A stretch of 64,000 nt of DNA, from positions 1,017 through 65,016 of the forward strand of contig JAWUWS010000109.1 in assembly GCA_034111705.1 (NCBI GenBank). The letters run 5' to 3'. The notes under the pieces are model-generated. The model did not search any database. It saw nothing but the letters and a program-made list of their open reading frames with translations, and had not been told where the DNA came from. The DNA comes from Psychrosphaera sp. Its GTDB lineage: Bacteria; Pseudomonadota; Gammaproteobacteria; Enterobacterales; Alteromonadaceae. Made by a program: the position numbers and the translations under genes. Shown piece after piece: positions 1-9,192 of this stretch (positions within the stretch are counted from its first letter, which is position 1; the number at the start of each line of letters is the position of its first letter).

Positions 1-1
1 T

Positions 2-1528
2 TACATAGAAAATACTTACCTTAACCGTAAAGACACTAACGGTTTTGATGAACTATCTGTTCGTGCCATGTTAGACGTAGATGTGACCCAAGATTGGACG
101 ATAAAAGCGGTATTACATAAGTTTGACATTGATAATGGTTATGACGCATTTTCTTTAGACTTAAACCGTACCACGTTATCTGACGAACCTGGTTTTGATA
201 AGCAAGATACAACATCGATTGCTATTACTAACACATACTCAGGTTTACAGCTTGCAGATCTTGAAGTGTTTGTTAGCCATTCGTCATCGGATTTAGATTA
301 TGGTTACGATGAAGATTGGGCTTACGGATCTTACAATGATGATTGGTCATTTACGGGGATTCACCCTGATGGTTATTCAAGTACAGATTATTACTTCAGA
401 GAAAGGGATGCTACTCAGTTGGATTTAAGACTTTCTGGTAAAGAGAAAGATTGGGTTGTGGGTTTTTATCAACAACAGAAAGATACAGATTTAATACGCT
501 TATATACATGGAATGATGCTGATTTTAATAGCGATTATAACGTAGCGAATATAGCTATTTATGGTGAAAAACGTTTTGCTTTATCTGACAGTATCACAAT
601 TGCGACAGGGTTACGCGTTGAAAATTATAAAGGTGATTATACGGACAGTAACGGCACAATCTCATCAACTGATGACACTATGTGGGGCGGACACTTCACG
701 GCTAGCAAACAATATAATGAGTCATTTTTAGCTTATTTTAGATTAAGTAAAGGCTTTAAAGCTGGTGGTGTTAATGGTGAAGCTCTGAGTAAGCTTAATG
801 ACGAAAGCTTAGTAAGATTTTATGGTGAGTTAATAGAGCACGCTAACTTTAAACCAGAATCATTAACAAATATTGAACTTGGTCTTAAATACAACTCAAA
901 TGACAATAAGTTAAATGCGACTGCAACGCTGTTTTATTCAACACGCGAAGACATGCAAATTAAACAATGGCTAATAGATAATAGTGAAGCACCTGAATTT
1001 GTGGGCTATTTATCCAATGCACCTACAGGCTTAAACTCAGGTGTTGAAACATCAGTTAGTTATCAATTAACCGAGAAGGTAAACGTGTTTGCTGGCTTGT
1101 CCCTTCTTGAAACGGAAGTTGATAATATTGACCGCCTTGAAACCGACCCTGTTACTTGGGAAGACGTGCGTGTCAGTATTGATGGTAGAGAACAAGCTCA
1201 TGCACCTAAGTATCAATTTAACTTAGGCGCTGATTGGCAAATAACGAATAGCATTGCAGCTAATATTTCATTAAACGGTAAAGACGAATTCTATTATTCA
1301 TATAGTCACGATGAAACGTCAGACGCTGTTGTATTAGCCAATGCAAGTATCACTTATAAAGGTGATATGTTTGACGTTACTTTGTGGGGACGTAATTTAA
1401 CCGATGAAGAATATGGTGTTAGAGGTTTCTATTTTGGTAATGATCCAAGAGATGGTTGGAATGCCAAAAATTACGAGCAGTTTGGTGAGCCAAGAGTAAT
1501 TGGCTTGAAGCTAGATTACGTATTCTAA
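2..1528 (+). CDS. TonB-dependent receptor, 5'-truncated by the window edge (probably thiamine-related)
   Basis: Frame is open from position 2 (YIENTYLNRKDTNGFDELSVRAM...). Beta-barrel pattern, WGRNLTDEEY motif and terminal aromatic residue (LDYVF). Sits upstream of ykoF/pnuC/kinase. Confidence 0.9.
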   Translation, partial: YIENTYLNRKDTNGFDELSVRAMLDVDVTQDWTIKAVLHKFDIDNGYDAFSLDLNRTTLSDEPGFDKQDTTSIAITNTYSGLQLADLEVFVSHSSSDLDYGYDEDWAYGSYNDDWSFTGIHPDGYSSTDYYFRERDATQLDLRLSGKEKDWVVGFYQQQKDTDLIRLYTWNDADFNSDYNVANIAIYGEKRFALSDSITIATGLRVENYKGDYTDSNGTISSTDDTMWGGHFTASKQYNESFLAYFRLSKGFKAGGVNGEALSKLNDESLVRFYGELIEHANFKPESLTNIELGLKYNSNDNKLNATATLFYSTREDMQIKQWLIDNSEAPEFVGYLSNAPTGLNSGVETSVSYQLTEKVNVFAGLSLLETEVDNIDRLETDPVTWEDVRVSIDGREQAHAPKYQFNLGADWQITNSIAANISLNGKDEFYYSYSHDETSDAVVLANASITYKGDMFDVTLWGRNLTDEEYGVRGFYFGNDPRDGWNAKNYEQFGEPRVIGLKLDYVF

Positions 1529-1549
1529 ATCAGTTCTATGTAATGCATG

Positions 1550-1583
1550 TAAAAGTGCATCAATTAGAATTGGTGCACTTTTA
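1550..1583 (+). terminator. Intra-operon hairpin / intrinsic terminator after the TonB receptor
   Basis: TAAAAGTGCATCAAT...ATTGGTGCACTTTTA inverted repeat followed by a T-rich tract. Confidence 0.6.
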
Positions 1584-1617
1584 TATTTTTGGTACAAAAA
1601 AATAACAGGACAACAAG

Positions 1618-1881
1618 ATGCAATTAAGTGTAGAGATAAGTAAGTACCCTTTAAGTGAAATAAACTTTATAGCGGCCATTCAAAACTTTATTGACCGTAT
1701 TAATAAATACGACAATATAACGGTAGTGACGAATGTTATGAGTACTCAATTATTTGGAGACTACGACAAATTAATGGCTGCGTTAAACACGGAACTTAAA
1801 ATAAGTTTTGAGCAATACGGTACAACGGTATTCGTTTGCAAATTTATACCAGGTAACTTATACGAAAAATATGCAGAGTAA
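1618..1881 (+). CDS. YkoF-like thiamine/HMP-binding protein
   Basis: 87 aa; SVEISKYPL and NVMSTQLFGDYD motifs typical of the thiamine-binding (YkoF/DUF77) fold; AGGA RBS. Confidence 0.8.
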   Translation: MQLSVEISKYPLSEINFIAAIQNFIDRINKYDNITVVTNVMSTQLFGDYDKLMAALNTELKISFEQYGTTVFVCKFIPGNLYEKYAE

Positions 1882-1925
1882 TTGCAGGCGACTATTTTTT
1901 TTAAGAAAAATATTTTAGGAGCAGT

Positions 1926-2546
1926 ATGTTAGAAAAAATACTAGCTGGTTTTGAAGCTATGTCTGGCTGGGAATATGTCGGAGTGTTGTTAGGTCTTGCG
2001 TATCTCATCTTGGTGATGAAAGAAAGTTTGTGGTGTTGGCCTGCTGCATTTGTATCTACATTAATTTATACCATTTTATTCTGGCAAGGTGCGCTATTAA
2101 TGGAAAGCGTATTAAGCTTTTATTATTTATTAATGGCAATTTACGGTTGGTGGCAATGGCGTAAGTTGGATCCAAAGACAGGGCAAATAGATACAAAAGA
2201 AATTATAAGCTGGACGCTAGCTACTCATATCAAGTGGATAATGACGGCTACAATTATAGCCATAATATTAGGTTATATTATGGATCAGCATACTCATGCA
2301 AAAATGGCTTACTTAGATTCATTCACGACTATTTTTGCCGTGATGACAACGTATATGGTCACGCAAAAAGTATTGGAAAACTGGCTTTATTGGATTGTTA
2401 TAGACTTAGCCTCAATCTTTTTGTACGTAGAAATGAGTTATTACCCAACCGCTATACTATATGTTTTGTATACTGGACTTGCATGGAAAGGGTATAAAAT
2501 GTGGACAAAGCAAATGACTAGGTCTCAAATAACAAACAGCTACTAA
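1926..2546 (+). CDS. pnuC: PnuC-family vitamin transporter (likely thiamine-specific PnuT type)
   Basis: Highly hydrophobic; WCWP, YGWWQW and ENWLYWIVID PnuC motifs. Confidence 0.9.
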   Translation: MLEKILAGFEAMSGWEYVGVLLGLAYLILVMKESLWCWPAAFVSTLIYTILFWQGALLMESVLSFYYLLMAIYGWWQWRKLDPKTGQIDTKEIISWTLATHIKWIMTATIIAIILGYIMDQHTHAKMAYLDSFTTIFAVMTTYMVTQKVLENWLYWIVIDLASIFLYVEMSYYPTAILYVLYTGLAWKGYKMWTKQMTRSQITNSY

Positions 2547-2547
2547 T

Positions 2548-3438
2548 ATGAGTATGAGAAATAATCCATCAGCATCAGATGACTGGCTAAATAACTTACC
2601 AGCGTCTCATGCTGACTATTTATCATATAACAAGATAACATTAGGCCGACACCCGTCGGCCTTTCTGGTTTATGCAAACGAAATAAAATTTATTAAACAA
2701 GTACCTAAAAATATCCAACATATCGAGTACTCGTTTTTATTTTGGTTGCAGCAATTACAGTTAATTCCAGAATCTTCTCTACACATGCCTGAAGAATTAA
2801 AACTGGCTAAGCCTGACCTATTAACAGCAAGGCCTGATCTATTGGTCACCTCAAAATTAGAGGGTGATGAGTTTTCCAAAGCAAACCTTTTAACTCATTT
2901 ACCTTCTATAAATAAAGCGCTTATTTATATTCATAAATTAGTACATTTAGATACTTTACCGAAAGGCATGTTTCTACCCAAAAAACATGATTTACCCATT
3001 GATATAGATGAGGTAGCTCCTCGTTTTAGAAAACAATTTGTCGATGCGAAAATAAACATAGATAAACAAGGTGCTATTCTAGCTCTGGTTCATGGAGATC
3101 TCTCTGTTGGAAATATTTTGTTTAATAACAATAATAGTGTGAGTAATCAGAACGCGATAAATATTGGTTTGATTGATTGGGAATATGTGGCAATAAGAGA
3201 TTGTCGTTGGGATTTAGCGACGTTGGCTATTGAGTTTGATTTAAGTACAGGTGAGTTTGAAGCTTTGTGTCGTAACTATGTAGAGCAAAGAGAGTTAAGT
3301 GAAATAAAAGAAAGTGACTTTATTCAAGTAGCAAAAAGTTGGTTGGTTGTGTATGCAATCACCTGTTTGTCTTGGGCTAAAGAACATGCACAAGATACAA
3401 ACAGGTATATACAATTTTTACGGCAGCTGAAAAACTAG
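2548..3438 (+). CDS. APH/choline-kinase-like phosphotransferase (putative thiamine kinase)
   Basis: Brenner motif HGDLSVGN and IDWEY...WDLA; starts 1 nt after the pnuC stop. Confidence 0.75.
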   Translation: MSMRNNPSASDDWLNNLPASHADYLSYNKITLGRHPSAFLVYANEIKFIKQVPKNIQHIEYSFLFWLQQLQLIPESSLHMPEELKLAKPDLLTARPDLLVTSKLEGDEFSKANLLTHLPSINKALIYIHKLVHLDTLPKGMFLPKKHDLPIDIDEVAPRFRKQFVDAKINIDKQGAILALVHGDLSVGNILFNNNNSVSNQNAINIGLIDWEYVAIRDCRWDLATLAIEFDLSTGEFEALCRNYVEQRELSEIKESDFIQVAKSWLVVYAITCLSWAKEHAQDTNRYIQFLRQLKN

Positions 3439-3617
3439 ATTCCACCTAAACGCAAAGCGATCTCTTTATATTTTTCAACAGCCTCTTTGTCAAATAGTGG
3501 CTTTCCATCAGGATCTTTATCTGCTGCGCTCAATAAATGTTCACGTTCTAAACGAATAACACGAACATCTTTTACGCCTAAAAATTCTGCAACTTCATCA
3601 ATGGTCATTAGTGACAT
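3435..3617 (-). CDS. Small helix-turn-helix DNA-binding protein (MerR/excisionase-like HTH)
   Basis: 60 aa, MTIDEVAEFLGV start typical of HTH_17/MerR-like; GGAG RBS upstream. Confidence 0.75.
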   Translation of the reverse strand: MSLMTIDEVAEFLGVKDVRVIRLEREHLLSAADKDPDGKPLFDKEAVEKYKEIALRLGGI

Positions 3618-3908
3618 ACATCTTCTCCATAGAAAATAAGGTAATTGTAATTAAAAATACTGAATTACTAGTTTATATTGTCTTCATATTAAGCCATCTA
3701 AACTGCATTTGAAAAGCAAAAGTTGTTTTAATATGAAAATCGTAATAAAAACAATCGGATTACATGCTGTTATTATGAATAAAGGAAAAAAACAGCAGCT
3801 TTTATAACCAATAAAACATTTATTTACTTTATCTTTTACGGAGGTAGTAAATACATGTTTTATTTATTAGAATGCAGGCGCTTTAGGTTATAGCCTAATT
3901 GCAGTTGC

Positions 3909-3983
3909 GCTCTCGTGGTGAAGTGGATCTCACGCGTCCCTCCGGAGGATGAGTCGCAGGTTCGATTCCTGCCGAGAGCGCCA
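3909..3983 (+). tRNA. tRNA-Arg, anticodon CCG
   Basis: Cloverleaf: acceptor GCTCTCG/CGAGAGC, D stem GTGA/TCAC, anticodon arm CGTCC-CT-CCG-GA-GGATG, T arm GCAGG-TTCGATT-CCTGC, discriminator G, encoded CCA. Confidence 0.95.
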
Positions 3984-4100
3984 TTATTAATCACTTCGCT
4001 TTTTATTTAATACTCATCAAAGACAATACATTAATAGTAAATTAGCCCATCCATTATAAATCACAAAGGGCTGGGCTTTAGCTGTTTGATTGAAACCTTT

Positions 4101-4565
4101 TTAGAAAGGTCGAGTAAATGCAACACCAAAAACAAGCGCTTCTTCACCATCAATAAAGTCAATGGCTACTGTTGGGGCAATACCAAAATGATTAACATGA
4201 AAATCATAACCGGCACTCACACGATATAAACTTTCTTTGTGTGGGTGATCGCCATGGATACTCTCTTGACCTAAACCAATACCTAAACGAACATTGCTAT
4301 CAGGGTGATAGAAAGCAGAAACCAGAGAAACGCTAACGCCATCGCCATGGTGAGCGTCACTTGTTACTTCATATACAGCGCCTACACCCCATTGGCTATC
4401 TATTTTATATTCATACTCCAAACCTAGTGTAAGTTCTGTTTCATTGTCAAAGTTTGTGGCGCCAATAAACACACCTGGAATATGTTTAACTTCATCGCTT
4501 GTTTGCGCTGTTGCAGTTAAAGACATGAGTGCAAGGGAAGTGATTGTTAGGATTTTATTTTTCAT
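4101..4565 (-). CDS. Small outer-membrane beta-barrel protein with His-rich loops
   Basis: Signal peptide (ATA-Q), alternating amphipathic strands, terminal Phe; loops DAHHGDG and IHGDHPHKE. Confidence 0.7.
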   Translation of the reverse strand: MKNKILTITSLALMSLTATAQTSDEVKHIPGVFIGATNFDNETELTLGLEYEYKIDSQWGVGAVYEVTSDAHHGDGVSVSLVSAFYHPDSNVRLGIGLGQESIHGDHPHKESLYRVSAGYDFHVNHFGIAPTVAIDFIDGEEALVFGVAFTRPF

Positions 4566-4826
4566 TTTTTTCTCATTTAATTTTTAAGAGATGGTTGGTC
4601 GTTATTCAATAATAATGAGATTACTCACTTAAATAAAATAACATCATCACTACTTACATAAAAATAGTGAAATACTTTAACGATCATACATTTATATAGA
4701 AGAGTTAACATTTATTGTCAAATATTTAGAGTGTAATAAATAGTTTAGTAAGCTTATGAGTTTTTGTTAGAGTGATATGAAAATATACACACGTTAATTA
4801 TGTATGGATTAGAAGAGATAAAGGAT

Positions 4827-5807
4827 ATGAAGGCATTTGTTACAGGTGGTACAGGTTTTTTAGGCTTGAATATTATTCAGCAGTTGCTTGATAAAGGTTG
4901 GCAAGTCGTAGCTATGCATAGGCCTCATTCCAATGTAGATGACCTAATTAAGCTCAATGTTACTTTGGTTGAAGGTAGCTTGAGTAATTTAGACTCATTA
5001 CAAAAAATAATACCAAATGATCTAGATGCAATATTTCATGTAGCAGGCGACACTAATATGTGGAGTTGTAACAATGAACAACAGTTTCAAACTAATGTTG
5101 TTGGTACACAAAATTTGGTTGAAGTTGCACTGCAAAACAACGTTGGCCGATTTATTCACACCTCATCAATTTCAGCTTATGGTTTTCACGACACAATTAT
5201 CACCGAACAAGATAAAAGCACAGCCATAGAAAGCGGAATTCACTACTTAAGAACTAAGTTTCTAGGTGAAAAAGCAGTTAAAGATGCGGTGAAATTAAGA
5301 GGGTTAAATGCGGTTGTGTTAAATCCTTGTGCCATTATTGGTGCGTACGACAGACATAATTGGTCGCAGTTATTTACTATGATAAAAAATGGAAGTTTAC
5401 CGGGGGTACCATCAGGAGAAGGTTCTTATTGTCATGTCAAAGAAGTTGCCGCTGCACACATCGCAGCCTTTCATCAGGGAAAAGTTGGTGAGAATTATAT
5501 TTTGGCAGGCACTGATTGCACATTTTTAGAAGTGGTTACAAAAATTGGTAAGTTATTAGATAAAGAAACCCCAGATAAACCTATACCTAAGTGGATGCTA
5601 CAAATAGTTGGTTACATTTCTTATTGGGGATCTCTATTAACTAAAAAAGAACCGAACATGACGCCAGAAAAAGCCACTATGGTTTCAAAACGAGTAGTAG
5701 CCTCTAGCCATAAAGCGGTTGCGGAATTAGCCTACGTAGATAACGTTTCTATTGATGTTATGTTAGAGGATTGCTATTTGTGGATGAAGTCTGAACAATT
5801 GATTTGA
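4827..5807 (+). CDS. NAD-dependent epimerase/dehydratase (dihydroflavonol reductase-like extended SDR)
   Basis: VTGGTGFLG Rossmann motif, HTSS, YLRTK (YxxxK); ATG at 4827 preferred over 4800. Confidence 0.88.
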   Translation: MKAFVTGGTGFLGLNIIQQLLDKGWQVVAMHRPHSNVDDLIKLNVTLVEGSLSNLDSLQKIIPNDLDAIFHVAGDTNMWSCNNEQQFQTNVVGTQNLVEVALQNNVGRFIHTSSISAYGFHDTIITEQDKSTAIESGIHYLRTKFLGEKAVKDAVKLRGLNAVVLNPCAIIGAYDRHNWSQLFTMIKNGSLPGVPSGEGSYCHVKEVAAAHIAAFHQGKVGENYILAGTDCTFLEVVTKIGKLLDKETPDKPIPKWMLQIVGYISYWGSLLTKKEPNMTPEKATMVSKRVVASSHKAVAELAYVDNVSIDVMLEDCYLWMKSEQLI

Positions 5808-5830
5808 GAGTCATTAATTAAGCTTGGATA

Positions 5831-5856
5831 GCCACCCCTTTATAAAAAGGGATGGC
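5831..5856. terminator. Hairpin between convergent genes
   Basis: GCCACCCCTTT-ATAA-AAAGGGATGGC imperfect inverted repeat. Confidence 0.5.
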
Positions 5857-5896
5857 ATTTAATATCTATATAAATATTGAACTTAGTGTCAGTACA

Positions 5897-7219
5897 TTAA
5901 TTTTTTGGCATTAAGTCTAATAAAGCAAGAACGGTTGCCTCCACTCCTGACCTTATTGATGGTTCAGGGGATATTTTAAATTGTGGGCTATGGTGACTTG
6001 CTACTTTTGTTCCGCCTGCCTTTTCTTGATCAAAGTCAGCTTTAGGTGTACCACCAACATTAAAATAAACACTAGGTATATAAGGGTCTGTTGTGAAGAA
6101 TCCAAAATCTTCAGCGCCCATACCTAATTTAGCCGGAGCTAACAACATATCCTCCCCCATATTTTGGCTTAATATTGACTTTAAACGGCGAGCGAGTTTT
6201 TTATCGTTAAATGTTGGAGGATAAGCTTCTTCACTTATTATAACCTCAGGTAACATATCATCCGAAAGACCTGCTGTTTTGGCTGTGCCTTTTGCAACTC
6301 GCTCTATCGCAGTTAATAGCTGCATTCTTACTCTAGGATTTAAGCTTCTAACTGTCAGTTGTAAGTGTGCTTCTTCAGAAATAATATTGTGTTTTGTGCC
6401 AGAATGGAAAGCACCTACAGTAATGACGCCAGAGTCTCTTGGTGCAAGTTCACGACTAATAATGGTTTGTAGATTAGCCACTATTTGTGCACCTATAACG
6501 ATAGGATCTTTACCTTGATGCGGAGATGCGCCGTGCGCCCCAATGCCATGTACAATAATATCTACGGTATCAGCTCCAGCGTAAGGCGATGCTTCATCAA
6601 CTGTTATTTTTCCAGCTTCAGAATTAGCATCAACGTGGAATGCAAATGCGTAATCAGGTTGGCCAAAACGTTGCCAAATATTATCTTTCATCATGGCTGA
6701 TGCGCCAGGGCCTCTTTCTTCAGCAGGTTGCCCGATTAACATTAATGTACCTGACCATTTATCTTTATTTGAAGCCATATATCTTGCTGTACCAACAAGA
6801 CTGGTCATATGAACATCGTGACCACAAGCATGCATAACACTAACTTTTTCACCATTCCAGTCAGTCATCATTGCGGTTGATGCATTAGGCAACCCTGATA
6901 ATTCTTTAACAGGTAGGCCATCCATATCGGCTCTAACCATTATCATAGGGCCTGAACCATTTTCCATTATGCCCACAATGCCAGTGCCACCTACATTCTC
7001 TGTAACGGTAAAACCAGCGTCACGTAACTCGTTGCTAAGACGCTTTGCTGTTTTTGTTTCCATTAGGGACAATTCTGGATTTTTATGGAAGTGATCCCAT
7101 AAAGGCGCTAAGTGTTGCTTATAATCTTTATCTATCGATGTAGATAAGTCTGCAGATACAGCAATATTAGATGTCCCAATTAGCGAACCAATTAGTAGAG
7201 TTAACATTATTTTTTTCAT
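5897..7219 (-). CDS. M20D-family amidohydrolase with signal peptide
   Basis: HKNPELS, RADMDGLP, MHACGHDVH, QPAEE and GAEDF motifs. Confidence 0.92.
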   Translation of the reverse strand: MKKIMLTLLIGSLIGTSNIAVSADLSTSIDKDYKQHLAPLWDHFHKNPELSLMETKTAKRLSNELRDAGFTVTENVGGTGIVGIMENGSGPMIMVRADMDGLPVKELSGLPNASTAMMTDWNGEKVSVMHACGHDVHMTSLVGTARYMASNKDKWSGTLMLIGQPAEERGPGASAMMKDNIWQRFGQPDYAFAFHVDANSEAGKITVDEASPYAGADTVDIIVHGIGAHGASPHQGKDPIVIGAQIVANLQTIISRELAPRDSGVITVGAFHSGTKHNIISEEAHLQLTVRSLNPRVRMQLLTAIERVAKGTAKTAGLSDDMLPEVIISEEAYPPTFNDKKLARRLKSILSQNMGEDMLLAPAKLGMGAEDFGFFTTDPYIPSVYFNVGGTPKADFDQEKAGGTKVASHHSPQFKISPEPSIRSGVEATVLALLDLMPKN

Positions 7220-7431
7220 TTATCCGCCTTTTATGAGCATATTAAGAGAGCTTAAGTTTGAGTGTATTGTTTACAAAACATTTGTTAAACGTAAAACAAT
7301 AAGCGACACCATAAAACTTTATTTTAAAGAATGCCCCTATAATTTACGTTTAAGCACGATTTAATAAATGAGTAGTTTTCATTTGTAGAAAAGAGGGAGA
7401 CGATAGATAACGATAAAAGGTGTGACCTGAA

Positions 7432-8946
7432 CTATTGGCTTAAATGCGCTAACAATCGGTCCATTGCTCGGTAATTTAAGGCTTCTATTAGATGTCCACG
7501 TGTAATGTTGGGACATGACTGTAAATCAGCAATGGTGCGGGCTACTTTTAGAATTTTATGGTAAGCCCTAATCGACATTTTTAGTTGGTGAATCGTGTTC
7601 TCTAGAAATAGTTGGTCATCTTTGGATAAAGGACAATAATTTGCTACCTCTTTACTGGATAACAATGCATTGGGTTTACCAGCTCTTGACAGCATGATGT
7701 CGCGGGCTTGTTTAACTCTTTGTTTTACTATTGAAGAGCTTTCAACATCTTGATTTTTTTGCGTCAACGCCCCCTTTGGTAAAGCAGGTACATCTATTTG
7801 AATATCAATACGGTCTAATAATGGTCCAGATATTTTATTTAAATATCTTAGTACTTGATCAGACGTGGTTCTGCCATCGTTGTAATGTCCTGTAGGGCTT
7901 GGATTTAATGCACCAACAAATTGAAAGCGTGCAGGGAAGTCGGCTTGTTGAGTTGCACGAGAAATCGTAATCCCTCCCGTTTCCATAGGCTCTCTTAATA
8001 CATCCAACACTTTGCGATCAAACTCGGGTAACTCATCTAAAAATAGAACACCATTGTGTGATAACGATATTTCACCAGGTTTAGGTACACTACCACCTCC
8101 AACTAAAGCAACACCGGATGCAGTATGATGCGGGTTTCTAAATGGACGAGTACGCCACTTAGTAAAATCAAAAGGTTTCCCACTAATTGAGTGAATAGCT
8201 GCAGTTTGCAAAGCTTGTTCAAGACTCATTTCTGGTAATATGCTCGCTAATCTTGACGCTAGCATAGATTTACCTGTCCCTGGCGGGCCTAAAAAAAGTA
8301 AGTTGTGCTGTCCTGCGGCTGCAATTTCTAATGCTCGTTTTGCCATGACTTGACCAATTACATCGCTTAGGTCATTTGGGTTATTATCTTGGTTGGCAAC
8401 TAGGGTTTGTTCAGGTGGGGTAAAGGTTAAGTTTTGTTGACCGGTTAAATGATGGAATACGGCCATTAAAGTGGAGGCTTCTAAAGCCTCTGTTTTTTCA
8501 ACTAATCCTGCTTGAGTTATATTTTCTTTCGGCAATATACAAATTCGATTTGCATCACCACATGCCATTGTTGTTGGTATAGCACCAATAATACCCCGGA
8601 CATCACCGTTTAGACCTAATTCACCATAAAACTCAAACTGTGTTAGTTTGTCTGTAGGAATTTGCGCAGATGCTGCAAGTATTCCAACTGCAATGGCTAG
8701 ATCAAAACGAGCACCTTCTTTTGGAATATCTGCAGGGGATAGGTTTACGGTTAATCTTGTCTGAGGAAACTGAAAGTTACTATTAACTAGCGCACTACGA
8801 ACTCTGTCTCTAGATTCTCGAACGCTAGCATCGGGCAATCCGACTATTTGAAATGATGGAAGTCCATTAGATATATGTACTTCGATGGTGACTAAAGGTG
8901 CACTTATCCCAACTCTTGCACGGCTATAAACAGTAGCGAATGACAT
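7432..8946 (-). CDS. comM: ComM/YifB Mg-chelatase-like AAA+ ATPase
   Basis: VRESRDRVRSAL, Walker A GPPGTGKS, PHH, GVLFLDELPEF; ATG at 8946 (GTG at 8952 alternative). Confidence 0.95.
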   Translation of the reverse strand: MSFATVYSRARVGISAPLVTIEVHISNGLPSFQIVGLPDASVRESRDRVRSALVNSNFQFPQTRLTVNLSPADIPKEGARFDLAIAVGILAASAQIPTDKLTQFEFYGELGLNGDVRGIIGAIPTTMACGDANRICILPKENITQAGLVEKTEALEASTLMAVFHHLTGQQNLTFTPPEQTLVANQDNNPNDLSDVIGQVMAKRALEIAAAGQHNLLFLGPPGTGKSMLASRLASILPEMSLEQALQTAAIHSISGKPFDFTKWRTRPFRNPHHTASGVALVGGGSVPKPGEISLSHNGVLFLDELPEFDRKVLDVLREPMETGGITISRATQQADFPARFQFVGALNPSPTGHYNDGRTTSDQVLRYLNKISGPLLDRIDIQIDVPALPKGALTQKNQDVESSSIVKQRVKQARDIMLSRAGKPNALLSSKEVANYCPLSKDDQLFLENTIHQLKMSIRAYHKILKVARTIADLQSCPNITRGHLIEALNYRAMDRLLAHLSQ

Positions 8947-9080
8947 AGTCACCTCAAATTTCCCTATAATAAGAACAATATAGTTTGGAATGATAAATAT
9001 TCAAGGTTGTGTGTTATTTGAACTATTAAGAACAAAATATTTATTTAAATACTTTCATTCTAGGCAAAAAGTTAATACAC

Positions 9081-9107
9081 TCACTGGTAAGACATCAGAC
9101 CAGTTGA
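9081..9107 (+). promoter_or_regulatory. Putative FadR-type operator upstream of fadE
   Basis: ACTGGT-AAGACATCAG-ACCAGT; arms match the FadR CTGGTC-GACCAG consensus; lies upstream of an acyl-CoA dehydrogenase. Confidence 0.6.
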
Positions 9108-9192
9108 TCGTATAAATGTACTATTTTTTAACTGAGTCTGTCATCAAGGGTAACCTTGGACTATTACACAACAGAATAAAGAGGGGCAAATT

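Noticed and set aside
2234-2879. Short alternative ORFs 2234-2497 (+) and 2670-2879 (-)
   Set aside because: Fully inside pnuC and the kinase; no motifs; shadow frames.
3435-4100. Possible prophage/island integrated at tRNA-Arg (excisionase-like HTH next to a tRNA)
   Set aside because: No integrase, no duplicated tRNA 3' end noticed in the window, and no phage genes.
6279-6837. Three plus-strand ORFs inside the M20 amidohydrolase
   Set aside because: Antisense shadows of a well-supported gene.
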